A DNA stretch of 63,073 nt, the filler included, from Reticulomyxa filosa (Eukaryota; Protista; Foraminifera): assembly GCA_000512085.1 (NCBI GenBank). It is 16 parts of 16 records of this genome, joined end to end, with 100 filler letters (N's around TTAATTAATTAA, not from the genome) between each part and the next. Parts side by side here need not be neighbours in the genome. Positions count along the whole stretch, not along the records: positions 48,659 to 52,803 come from ASPP01007379.1; positions 52,904 to 56,780 come from ASPP01020772.1; positions 56,881 to 57,905 come from ASPP01048464.1; positions 58,006 to 60,117 come from ASPP01028155.1; positions 60,218 to 61,534 come from ASPP01002765.1; positions 61,635 to 63,073 come from ASPP01007523.1; 10 more parts are not named here. The stretch is one strand, 5' to 3'. Of this stretch, positions 50,621-61,675 are shown piece after piece. Every line of letters begins with the position of its first letter. Position 1 is the first letter of the stretch. The notes under the pieces were generated by a model, which did no database searches, had not been told where the DNA came from, and was given only the letters and a program-made list of their open reading frames with translations. The translations under genes were made by a program, and so were the position numbers.

Positions 50621-51859
50621 TTAAAGAGCATAAAAAGAGCCACGATCACAAAGGGAATAGCTTTCAGTATTGTTAAAATGATTTCTTATGGAGTGCCAAT
50701 TAGAAACCCTTTTCCAACAAGGATAGGAGTGTTTCTTTGCAACACTTTGTCTGTCTTCCAAAGAAAAAATGTTGTTTGGGTTGGTCAAGTTGAGGTAAGT
50801 ACTCAACATGCGATAGAAATCTAGGTTGTAGTCATTTTTTCCAAGCATCATATCCTCATAATAAAAAATCATGTATGAGATATGCTTATGAAAAGGGGAC
50901 AAAGTAAACAATTTGTTCCAAAAGATGCGGTTTTGTTCCAGCAATTGCACATAAGTCTTTGCAACGGCTGGATCAACCGCCAACTCGTTGATTGTATCAT
51001 AATAACCTGCTTCACTTTTCCTAAAGTTTCGATTGACAATCCGTTCGATGTCAAAAGTGAGCAATCTCTCCAATGTATCCGATTGCCAGCTCCAAAAAGT
51101 GTTCAGCGCATTACTGCGCACCAAATGCAACACAGTGATGTTATGACAAAACGTATACAAAATCAAATGCTTGAAAAAGTCGGGCTCGACATCATACAAT
51201 TGAAGTTTAAACATAATTCGATGCTTGTTGCCATTGTTTTTTCGGTATGGTTTGAGAGGCTTGCAATTGTTGCGTACGTTTAGCAATTTTTGATAAGCCC
51301 ATGTAAGGGATTGCAAAAATTCCTTGTACGTACATTTTCTTAGCGGATCTCCATAGTGTATTGCAGACACAAAGCGACCCACATAGCTACAGCCATAATA
51401 CCAATAAAAGCCAGATAACTCCTTTCCACTTGTCACATCTGGATGATTTCCTAATAGATCTATCAAATGTTTACTTCCTCCATGATGCTGTGATAACATT
51501 AACACCAATTCAATTTCGTTATTGTTTACACACGGAAAATTTGTTTTATAATCCAAAAGGGTTGTCTTGTCATCATTGTATTTGCAAATGCTATATGGGT
51601 CACTTTCATTATACCAGCTGCGCAAGATTTCATATTCTGCATTGAACTTTTCATAGCTCATTAATGAACCATGAGTTCTTGTCAAATGTCTTAATTTCTT
51701 CAAGCTTGTTTCACACTCTTTTTCTTTGTTATGAACACATTCAACTAAGGTTTGCGACAAATATTCCGACATAAGTAAAAGTGGCAACATTACCAATACA
51801 ACACAACCAAGGCAGCACCAACCACAATGCTTTACCTTGATCTGACAATGCAAGGGCAT
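50621..51859 (-). CDS. Type II membrane sulfotransferase-fold protein (Stf0-like), single exon
   Basis: N-terminal TM, 5'-PSB-like LMLSQHHGGSKHLIDLLGNHPDV, 3'-PB-like VLHLVRSNALNTFWS and YYEDM motif. Confidence 0.65.
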   Translation of the reverse strand: MPLHCQIKVKHCGWCCLGCVVLVMLPLLLMSEYLSQTLVECVHNKEKECETSLKKLRHLTRTHGSLMSYEKFNAEYEILRSWYNESDPYSICKYNDDKTTLLDYKTNFPCVNNNEIELVLMLSQHHGGSKHLIDLLGNHPDVTSGKELSGFYWYYGCSYVGRFVSAIHYGDPLRKCTYKEFLQSLTWAYQKLLNVRNNCKPLKPYRKNNGNKHRIMFKLQLYDVEPDFFKHLILYTFCHNITVLHLVRSNALNTFWSWQSDTLERLLTFDIERIVNRNFRKSEAGYYDTINELAVDPAVAKTYVQLLEQNRIFWNKLFTLSPFHKHISYMIFYYEDMMLGKNDYNLDFYRMLSTYLNLTNPNNIFSLEDRQSVAKKHSYPCWKRVSNWHSIRNHFNNTESYSLCDRGSFYAL

Positions 51860-52236
51860 CTTAGTTGCTTTATGGTAACTACAAAAAAAAATTTAAGATA
51901 TTTTCAGCTCTTATAACACTGTCTTCTGGTATAAATCATTTAAAGTTGAAATAATTCAAAAAAAACCCTACAGGAGAAAAACGATAGTTCATGGAGAAAT
52001 TTGGCGCAAGAAAATAAATGTAGAAGAGCAACCAGCTTAATTAGCTATTTTCAAAGGTAATTATAATGCCCTGAGAATTGTTTTTCGCTTAAAAAACTCT
52101 TTCCCTTGTGTTCCCCTGTGCATTAAAATATTTGAAATGATTATTTCGAATAAGCTATTCTCGTTGCACCATTTGGTGTTTTTTTTTTTTACTACTTGGA
52201 GGACAATGTGTTGACAGCATAGAAAAAGATGAAGTA

Positions 52237-52760
52237 ATGGTAGGAACAGAAAGCCAAACTGAACCAGAAAACGTACTATCTTGCGAAACAAAAGACACTA
52301 ATCTGCCATCATTTTCCAGTATAGAAGCACTAGAAAAAGAAATAAATAATTTGGAGTTTATAGTGAAAAAGCAAGAACAAATACTGGAAGACATGAATAG
52401 ATCTCTGCACAATACAATCATAAAAGGGGAAGCACAAGGTGTGTTATACCCACCGTTGTGCGAAGAAACAATAGGAAAGCTATCCTCTCAAATTGTTAAA
52501 TCCCGACTTCTAATGGTCCACGTGTCCACCGTGAAATTACTACAAAAAGATGCTCTACAAATCAAAAACCTTCATGGCAGCTACGATAGGACTTTTTTTT
52601 CTTTCAAGCAATAAAAGCCTCAATAACAATAACAATAACATTAAAAAAAAAAAAAATAGAATTTTACAACACTTATAAATCTCGATATATACATGTCGTC
52701 ATTACATTGACTGAAGAAGGAACACTTCAAGTTTCTTTTACCTCAAAAAAACTTCAGAAT
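52237..52760 (+). CDS. Hypothetical coiled-coil protein, partial
   Basis: ATG-initiated ORF (LEKEINNLEFIVKKQEQILEDM) and a following exon after an A-tract acceptor at about 52659. Confidence 0.45.
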
Positions 52761-52997
52761 ACATTCATCTTTTTTTTTTTTTTTTTTTTTGTAAAACGAA
52801 AAGNNNNNNNNNNNNNNNNNNNNNNNNNNNNNNNNNNNNNNNNNNNNTTAATTAATTAANNNNNNNNNNNNNNNNNNNNNNNNNNNNNNNNNNNNNNNNN
52901 NNNTTTTTTTTTTTTTTGGTTTATGTGTTTTCTTTCACTTAGCTACAAAAAAAAAAATAAGGCGTAGTTGTTTGCTCAAGTCATCACACATACTTAC

Positions 52998-53167
52998 GGC
53001 GTATAGAATTTTATCACCCAAATCGAGTTTTGCAACTTTTCCTCAATCGTTACTCCGTTCAGCTTCTCTACGTGTAACGCATTGGAGGAGGCTTCGTTCA
53101 ATCCATTTCTATCAACATTTTGGGCGAGAGAGCTAATAAAAAATAATGACCAAAGAATATACGACAT
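52998..53167 (-). CDS. First exon of a signal-peptide thioredoxin/PDI-like protein (below ORF-track cutoff)
   Basis: MSYILWSLFFISSLAQ...VEKLNGVTIEEKLQNSIWVIKFYTP, then a GTAAGT donor. W.IKFY.P normally precedes the WCxxC motif. Confidence 0.7.
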
Positions 53168-53493
53168 AATATATCAGATAATGTGTTGGTGATAATTTTT
53201 TTTTTTTTTTAACAAGGGGACAATTTTCGTTTTCCTTTATTCAGCACAAGAAAAAGATATTGTCTTTTTTTAATGAGAAATTACATTGCCCTTTTATTTT
53301 TAGAAAAAAAGCAAGGAAAAAAAAAAGGGTGCAAAGGTTAGTACTTTTCTTTTTTTCTTTGGATCAGAATAAAGCCCACAAGCCACAAAAAAAAAAAAAA
53401 TGCAGTATGCTAATGTTCAAAAAAGAAATAGATAAAAGAAGGAAGAAAAAAAAAAGTGCAAGATGAAAAGGGAGAACAAAGAAGAAGAAAGGA

Positions 53494-54797
53494 TTATCCC
53501 CACAAACGAATAGTTTTGTCATCCGACGCCGAGCAAAAGACAAAAGGAAAAGAAGTGGAAGGAGCAAATTGAACACATTTGACAGCACCTTGATGAGCAG
53601 AGAGACAGTGAATTAGTTTTTGATTGTGAGTGTCCCACAGACAAATAGTGTTATCAGAGGAGCCCGAGACGAGCGTCCTGCCAGCGTTCCAAGACGAGAA
53701 TTGGATGGAGTTGATAGCGTCGGAATGTGCAGTGAATGCATGGACGAGTTTGGATGTGGACAAATCCCAGAGTGACACCGTTTTTTCAGGAAGACCAGAG
53801 CCAGAGGCAATCAAATGTCCTTTTCCGTCCAAGGATGAGAAGCAAACACAAAGGACCCAGCCAAGGGACTTTTTGAAGATATAAGACTCTTTTTTTTGCC
53901 GTATGTCCCACAAGCGAATGGTACCATCATTGGAGCCAGAGCAAAGAACCTTGCCACCACCAAACGGAGAGAACTGGATTGAATTGACCCAATTCGTATG
54001 TCCTTTTAATATCTGACTTACACATTGCTTGTCCACATCCCAAAGACAAATGTTTTTATCCAATGACCCACTGCCAATGATGCGTCCTTCATCGACCGGT
54101 GAAAATTGCACACAACGTACACTGCCAGCATGCCCTTTGAACGTGTGCATGTGCGTCTTCGTGCTCGCGTCCCACACGCGCACCGACTTGTCCGCCGAGC
54201 CGGATACGATCCAATTGCGTCGAGTCGCGCAAGGCGAGGCCTGCACACATCGCACGCTGTCCGAGTGACCTTTCAATAAGTATACGTCCTTTGAGGGGTT
54301 GTTCATGTCCCACAGCGCAATTGTATTGTCCATCGAACCCGAACACAAGAACGGATCGCCCCCTTCCATCAACGAAAAACTCACACTCAATACACCCCCT
54401 TCGTGTTTCTTCAGCACTTCCACCTCTTTCGTGGCCTTTGCGTCCCACACTTTCCGCTTAGGTATTGACTTGGATGTTGACGCTAGTATTGACATCGATG
54501 CTGACATTGGTCTTGATGTCAATGTTGATGTTGATGTTGATGTTGATGTTGATGTTGGTGTTGATTTTGATGTTGATATTGATGTCAATGACACGGACTT
54601 GGATGTTAAGAGAGAATCTTCATTCGCTGTCGGACAATGCTGGTCTTGCTTCGACTCCTCATGACCCTCCAACTGATATTCGTCTTTCGTGCTCTTTGCT
54701 ATACCCCCCAATCGTTCGCACAATTGCTTCTTCTCTTTCTCTTGCTCTTTTATTATGCGATACAGGTCTTCAATTTTCATTTCACTCTTTTGCTGTC

Positions 54798-54877
<80 letters not shown>

Positions 54878-55335
54878 TATTATACGTATATATGCATGTA
54901 TGCATATGTGTATAGATGTTTCCTCTCCTTCCCTTCTCCAACGTTACCAAAGAGAGCTTGTATTGCATCAGATCGTGATTACATTGCTTCAAGGCCTGAG
55001 TCAAATACTGATTGTCTTTGACCAACTCCTCGCGCTTTTCTTGCTTTGTCTCGATCTGCTCTTTCAAACGCCTGTTCTCTTGCGTTAGCAAATCCACTTG
55101 CTTCTTTGCCAGTAGAAAGTGGATGTGCATGTGCGATGACATGTGCTCCTGTTGCGTGTGCTTCTGAAACGTGCTCGTGCAACCAAACAGTTTGTACCAA
55201 CACTCGGTCGCTTTCAATGGACACAACTCTTCCAAATGCTCGTTCATATCTTTCAACTTGCCATGAAAATTGCATGTTATTTTTTGAGATTTTTTTTCAT
55301 TATTATTATTATTGTTATTATTATTGTTATTATTA

Positions 55336-55379
<44 letters not shown>

Positions 55380-55787
55380 GTCTTTTGCATGTATGGATAC
55401 TTGTGGCTTGTCTACTTCTTTCAAGTCGATCTCATATTGTCGTAAACATTTCACTTTCAAATTCCCAACTTGTGATTGCACGAGTCTGTCCTTGTAATAC
55501 TCACATTTTTCATGGCCTCCAATTGGACATTGGTTGCCGTGTCTCGTCAAATATTGACGTAAACATCTCTCTCCGACTATATATCCCTCTTCACTGCTCT
55601 CATGCTCTCCACAAGCCAATTGGAGCGCGTTGTTTACTATCTGATGACAAACTAAACATGTGTACAAATTCACTTTTTCTGCCGGATTTTCTTCCGTTAG
55701 CCATTTCTTATTGTAACATTCCCCAAAATCACTTTTGCCAACATCATCACCCGCAGCTTCGTCTTCTTCCAAGTCAATACAAATCAT
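53494..55787 (-). CDS. RING/TRAF-type zinc finger + coiled coil + WD40 protein (TRAF7-like architecture), 2 exons
   Basis: CLVCHQIVNNALQLACGEH...CPIGGH, CNFHGKLKDMNEHLEELCPL..CWYKLFGC, a coiled coil and about 7 WD40 repeats. In-frame intron from GTAACG (about 54947) to CAG (about 54793). Confidence 0.88.
54798..54875. repeat. (AT)n microsatellite inside intron
   Basis: About 39 AT units with one interruption. Confidence 0.95.
55298..55380 (-). repeat. (AAT/AAC)n coding repeat, poly-Asn
   Basis: Trinucleotide run in frame within the TRAF-like exon. A similar run lies at 49322-49372. Confidence 0.9.
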
Positions 55788-56942
55788 TTTTCTTTATTTT
55801 TACTGCGTAATTTTCATTATATGTTAAGTTTTTGTTGGTTTGCTCCTTTGGACCAAAAAAAGCGAAATTACTCTCTTCTTGAAAAAAAATTCGTTCGTTA
55901 AAAGTTTTTAAAGGATAGCTAAGACAAAGTTGCGTTCAATACACCAGAGACAGCGATCCACACAAAAAAAAAAAGGGGGGAGAACGGAAGAAACTTTGTC
56001 GTTTTTTACAAACATTATCCAATCATTTTCTCGCTCTTAGATATTCTGCTTGCTAATTGCAATCAATACTTTATTTCGTCATACCTTTGGCAAAAAAACA
56101 AGAAAAGTATTTTTTTTTTCTCCTCCTTCTTTTTAGTGGTCAGAGTAGTTGATTCAGAATTGGTAGTGGCACTAATTTGTCCGCCGTGCGTGCAACCTGT
56201 ACGTTCACAATGCAACATGAACAAATGGAGTTGGGCATACAATCAAAGAAATTTTTTTTTTTTTTTTTTTTGTTCCTGCCTCAGTTGTTTCGTTTTTGCG
56301 AGTCATGATTTTTCTAACAAGAACATTCAAAAAAAAAAAAAAACACTCATACTCCTCCTCAATTAGAAACGATAAAGTAAGTGCAAATAAATTCGATGAC
56401 AACAGTGGGCCATTTGTCTTGTTCCATTATGGTGAATCTGCGTTTGCAACCAATGTGTTAGCAGCACCAGAAAAAAGAGTCGAGTTTGCGAATTTGCAAA
56501 ATGGAAACCGAAAGAAGAGTGAGTTTCAAGAGCAAGGAAGTAATAAATCTAAGGCGATGACAACAACAATTTCAAAAAGTAGAGAAACTTCAGAAGACCC
56601 AACCATTTTTCCCAACACAAATTCATCCGCCACACAATCTCTATCGCAGCAAATAACAGGCAATTGAGAAAAGTGATTTATTTTTTTTTTTGTGTGTGTG
56701 TGTTTCCCCCTTTTTTTTTTTTTTTTTTTTTTTGTCATTCAAAAAATGTACCTCATCACATCTGTTGTGTACGTGTAAAANNNNNNNNNNNNNNNNNNNN
56801 NNNNNNNNNNNNNNNNNNNNNNNNTTAATTAATTAANNNNNNNNNNNNNNNNNNNNNNNNNNNNNNNNNNNNNNNNNNNNTTTTTTTTTTTGGTTCTAGC
56901 TTCGTCCCCCCCTCCCCCTTTTTTTTTTTATGTATTGAGTAC

Positions 56943-57297
56943 CTTCCGAATCACCGTGTATGCGGAGCACAGGGGTGGCCCGAAAAGTGTGAATGGAACA
57001 CATGGCGGGGAGGTGGGGGCTTTCAAAGGTCGCGACGATGGGCAGGTTCAACTCTTTGATTAAATAGGTGGACACCACTGTCGCTGTAACTCCCACTCCC
57101 GATACCCCTTCGATGAACACTGAACCGTTCACTCGCTCAGAACCTTCGAGCTCTGCCAAGTGCGATTCGTTGTTCTTCCCGTAGTGAAAGCGCGATATCA
57201 CGCGCGGTCGCGCCACAAACCCGTCGCTTACGTCCTCTGAGACTGACGCTTTTCGCTTCGTCTCTTGCTTCTCTTCTATAGTCGTTGAGGAGGTCAT
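56943..57297 (-). CDS. PAC2-family (proteasome assembly chaperone-like) protein, first exon
   Basis: VFIEGVSGVGVTATVVSTYLIKELNLPIVATFESPHLPAMCSIH...PVLRIHG matches the PAC2/Pba N-terminal pattern. GT donor at 56942. Confidence 0.7.
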
Positions 57298-57851
57298 GCC
57301 AATCTGTCTGGAGTGCTCTGCAAAATTTCGAAAATTAAAATAAATATTTTGTGATATTGAACTTTTTTGAGGGGGATTCCCTCCTGCTGATTATTTTCTT
57401 CTTCGGCTGTCAACATTTTGAAAACAGTATATTAATTTCTAGAAGAATACAGCAGCATGTTTGATCTACATAATCTTAAACACTGTTCTGGAGTGCTGAA
57501 ATACAAAATTTTGAAGCTATGAAATAGAATTTTCTCGATATGATAAGTAAAACTTGGAAGCTTTCGGCGCATTCAACTTTGAAAATCTGCAACTTCCACC
57601 GAAAATTCTTTAGTACAGTAATCTTTTATTTTTTTGCTATTTGTAACTTTTTTGGAAGTATTTTGGAGATACCCATCAATAGCACTTGCTTGTCGCTTAA
57701 ATTCGTATTGATAATGTAACTTAATTATTTTTTTATTTAAAAATGTTTTGTAGGGCAGGGCATAACAATAACAAGACAGTTTCATTTATCTTTTCTATTG
57801 GAAATTGCATGAAGTGAAGCTCAATATTCGGTTGCTGTATTTTCAAAGTTT

Positions 57852-57905
57852 TACAGTAGGTTGCAAAAAAAACTGAACACCTAAAATGCCACCTTATGAA
57901 GATGA
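57852..57905 (+). mobile_element. Tc1/mariner-like TIR fragment
   Basis: TA-CAGTAGGTTGCAAAAAAAACTGAACACCTAAAA at the contig end. Confidence 0.6.
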
Positions 57906-58005
57906 NNNNNNNNNNNNNNNNNNNNNNNNNNNNNNNNNNNNNNNNNNNNTTAATTAATTAANNNNNNNNNNNNNNNNNNNNNNNNNNNNNNNNNNNNNNN
58001 NNNNN

Positions 58006-58803
58006 TAGTAGTGAATGATCGTGAAATGGAGTGTAAATCTCTTCGACATAATACTCCAGCTATACCTATTTCACTCCAGTGATGAACATATAGATGCTGG
58101 AAATTATAATCGATGTCATTCTTCTTTGATCTGAATCCTTCTTGCAATAAACAGATATGGTGCTGCTTCTGATGCAAATTTTGTTCTAATATTTGGGCCT
58201 TGGAATAAAATCTGTTAATGTTATTCTGAAATACTAATAGACTGATGATCATGGATCTGCTCGCATATTGATATTCGCAACGTTAATTTATTATCTTGAT
58301 CGGTTTCCAATCCACATCTGAATCAACATTGGGTTAGTTGATTGCAATAAGGATTATAATTGCTGGAATGCTAATTCACGTTTTAGCGATGATATTTCAT
58401 CAGCATCTGATTTATTATTTCTTTTATTCTTCTTTATATTAGTTCTCTTCTTTGATATTGTGGTGACTTTAACATTTTTGTTACCCTTTGGCAACGTTTT
58501 TTGTTGAAGTTCATTTTTTGGGGGTTTTGTCGTCGGTTCAGCATACCGTGGTGCAAACTCCTGGTAGCTGATATAGTAACTCTTTTACTGGCAACGGGCT
58601 TGTATCGATCCTTGTTTAGTGTTCGACGCTTTCAGAGAAATTAGCATTCTCGAGGCAAATACCAGTCTTGTGCTTGGCAGAACTCCTATGGTCGGGTAAT
58701 TTCTATTGAACCTCGGGCAAAACCGAAACCCACTCGATGATAACAAGGCTTGTGAAGGCGATCCGGTCGAAGCAAGGTGTCTGTACCCCAATCGGCTCTA
58801 CTA
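58006..58803 (-). mobile_element. LINE remnant: leader, deleted ORF1, start of APE endonuclease
   Basis: LVFQNNIN...HICLLQEG...GVLCRRDL are APE motifs. DEISSLKRE is an ORF1 remnant. The leader is homologous to 5-305. Confidence 0.8.
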
Positions 58804-58884
58804 GAAGCCAAGGAACATAAAAGTGTAAACATATATCCAGTAAACCAGAAAAAATAATCACAATTTGCTAGGACGATATGAAAA

Positions 58885-59350
58885 GGCAACAAACCATGGT
58901 GGAGTGACAGTCTAAGTCGATTATGAAAGAGAGTTCAGAAATCAAAGAATCGCTTTCGTAAATAAAGAACACCAAGGATGCTATATAAAAAAGCTGCCAA
59001 GCAATTGCGAAGGAAAACACAATTAGAAAAGCATCAACATATGAAATTCAAGGCATTAAACACCAAGGTCTGATAAAGCTTATCTTTTGGCAAAGACATT
59101 TGCAGAGCCACCTCAGCCTCCAAAAGATGTGGATGAAAAGCATTATGAAATGGCTGAAGACGAAATTAAATTCAAAGTTGCAATATCTAAACCTTTGGAA
59201 TTGGATGATAATTATGTTTATCACAAGAGGAAGTTATTGATGCATTGAGACATTTGTCTCAAGGTCCTGATATAATCAAATGCTTAAGAATGATGGCAAC
59301 GCAATGATTGGTTCATTGTTATTCCTATTTGGACGGAGTTTTCGAATGGG
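58885..59350 (+). mobile_element. LINE ORF2 remnant (EN-RT linker and RT N-terminus)
   Basis: NKPWWSDSLSRL*KRVQKSKNRFRK, KAYLLAKTFAEPP, EEVIDALRHLSQGPD..QMLKNDGNAMIGSLLFLF, with stops and deletions. Confidence 0.75.
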
Positions 59351-59714
59351 CAACAAAACAAAAATTGAGCTATTAAATAAGCCGGAATGGCAACATAAAC
59401 AACATTCACATGCTTTTCTTTAATAAGTGTTTAAATTTATTTTAAAAAAAAATCCTTCATCATCGAGATAAACTTTTGAAAAAAAAGTTATATTTTGAAG
59501 GAAGGAGTATCTGAAATAAGTTCGAAGTTAATCTTCGATTATTAACAACGATTTTCGTCGTCAACAAGATTGTGGCGAAAACAGAAAATACTTTCAAAGA
59601 AAATTTTTTTTTTATTGTGATAAAAATTTTTTTTTACTATCTGATATTGCGAGATCAGATATACAAGATAACAAACGAAACACCCAAAATGAACAGTCGA
59701 AACAAAATAGGAAG

Positions 59715-60078
59715 TCTGGTTCATCACACCAAGAATTCGACACATTGCAATCCTTTGTATACGCTCCAATTGTCTCTTATGAGTGTATGAACATAAGTAT
59801 GTCAAGTATCCAAGTTTCCTCGCTGCTTGCCGTATAAGTAATTAACATGGAATACGTCATATGGGAATCAAGATACTTCACGTGATCGCATTCCTTCAGA
59901 TTTGATTGTTGTAATGTTAATTTCATCTTTGGGAAATTCTTTATTCTGATGTCTGAATGTGATGCATTGTGTCTTATCAGCTGCCAGCAACATCTTCCAT
60001 TTATTGGACCAAATGAATATTTCATCCAGATTTTGTTGTAATAACCCTAGTTGGTTGCTCATCTCATTTACATCACTA
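59715..60078 (-). mobile_element. LINE reverse-transcriptase C-terminal remnant
   Basis: LQQNLDEIFIWSNKWKMLLAADKTQCITF, CDHVKYL and LERIQRIAMCRILG, frameshifted. Confidence 0.8.
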
Positions 60079-60217
60079 AAAAAAAAAAAAAAAAAAAAAA
60101 ATAACTAACCCTTCAGCNNNNNNNNNNNNNNNNNNNNNNNNNNNNNNNNNNNNNNNNNNNNTTAATTAATTAANNNNNNNNNNNNNNNNNNNNNNNNNNN
60201 NNNNNNNNNNNNNNNNN

Positions 60218-60602
60218 TGTATGTCTATTGAAAACATGTAATGATTTTGATGTTTCAACATCCCATAAACGAATTGTTTTGTCATATGATCCAGAACACA
60301 AATATCTACCACCATTAAATTGTGAAAATTCAATACCACAAACACCTAGCGTGTGTTCATTGAATATTTGTAATTGCTTATTATGTTTGAAATCGTAAAA
60401 ACGAATGGTATTGTCAACTGATGAAGAACAAATGACATTTTGACAATGATTATGATAATAATATGATGAAAATGTCACGCAATGCACATCAGATGAATGT
60501 CCATTGAATGATTGAATTTATTTGTTGTTATCAACACCCCATACACGAACTGTTCTATCATATGATCCAGAACAAATGAGTTGACAATCATTAAATGTTG
60601 AT
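60218..60602 (-). pseudogene. WD40-family fragment, 5' truncated with in-frame stop
   Basis: Close paralogue of 36964-37400 (EFSQFNGGRYLCSGSYDKTIRLWD) with a stop near 60520. Confidence 0.8.
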
Positions 60603-61634
60603 TTCAAGTGCATCTATCTGTCCAGCAAGGTCAATCTATGTATTTTGAGTCGATATTTCGCTACCAATTCACGACAAGCAACAGCATTCGAATGGAGTTT
60701 CAGCGTCAATAAATGGAACATCATGGTCTATGGGCCACAATCCCTTCATGAAATGTCTTTTCCAAAGACAACCTTGGGAGTTCTAATCAATCCTCCAGAC
60801 ATATCTCACCATCTCAATTCAGGAAGCAGCAAACCATATTTTAATACTTCAGATAATCTTTTTGTTACTTCAAAAAAAAATTTATATTTTGCAAATTAAT
60901 AAATATAAATGAATTGATTTGTTTAACAAAAAAATTAAAGACTTGTTCTTTCGAATGCATTTTGCGAATGCAATCGCCCATCCGTATTTTTGCTTTGTGG
61001 TATTATACATCGGCGTTTGCTATTGCGAGACAGGCTGAACCCGACGGAAATTAGCAATGTCACGTACAACACCGAAGCGATCGACTTGACCACTTCAACT
61101 CCATTAAATAGGCTTGGGTAGTCTCGATTTGTCATCCGATCTCATGTGTTTCTTTTTCTGTAGAAACCAATAAATAATAAATGATCTCTCTTTCAATCGT
61201 TGAAGATGCTTTGTTATTAATTTTTTATTTGGTTTTTTCTAATTGGTATCTTATGGTAGAAGTTTTTTTCATTAAAGTTATAACAAGCTCGCGAACGCAC
61301 GCTCTTTTAGGTAGTTTGTAAACATACAAAAAAGAGTAAGCGATATCTTCAGGTAATAATGAACTATTTGGCAAACTTTTCGTATAAGCAGTAAATCCAT
61401 TGCAAATATAACTATCTTCTGTATTCTTTCAAGAAATGAAGAAATCTCGAATGAAGTGCTTCCCAGAGCAAATCTAGAGCAACTGAAGACTTTTGCTTCT
61501 AGCTTTGGACAATGCTGTCCTAACTTGAAAATATNNNNNNNNNNNNNNNNNNNNNNNNNNNNNNNNNNNNNNNNNNNNTTAATTAATTAANNNNNNNNNN
61601 NNNNNNNNNNNNNNNNNNNNNNNNNNNNNNNNNN

Positions 61635-61671
<37 letters not shown>

Positions 61672-61675
<4 letters not shown>

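Larger units (their letters stand above)
28954..61634. other. Fifteen artificial 100-nt contig spacers (N44-TTAATTAATTAA-N44)
   Basis: Start positions 28954, 32950, 35013, 36864, 38516, 40096, 42038, 44294, 45394, 48559, 52804, 56781, 57906, 60118, 61535. The palindromic core puts stops in all six frames. Confidence 0.97.

Noticed and set aside
54465-55810. Long antisense ORFs with poly-Y/I/L or YIYI runs
   Set aside because: These are shadows of microsatellites and of the real minus-strand gene.
60600-61135. Coding-like GC-elevated patches
   Set aside because: Stops interrupt the plausible frames and no family was recognised.
28954-61634. Recurrent TTAATTAATTAA palindrome within N runs
   Set aside because: Identical 100-nt construct at every gap: an assembly linker, not biology.
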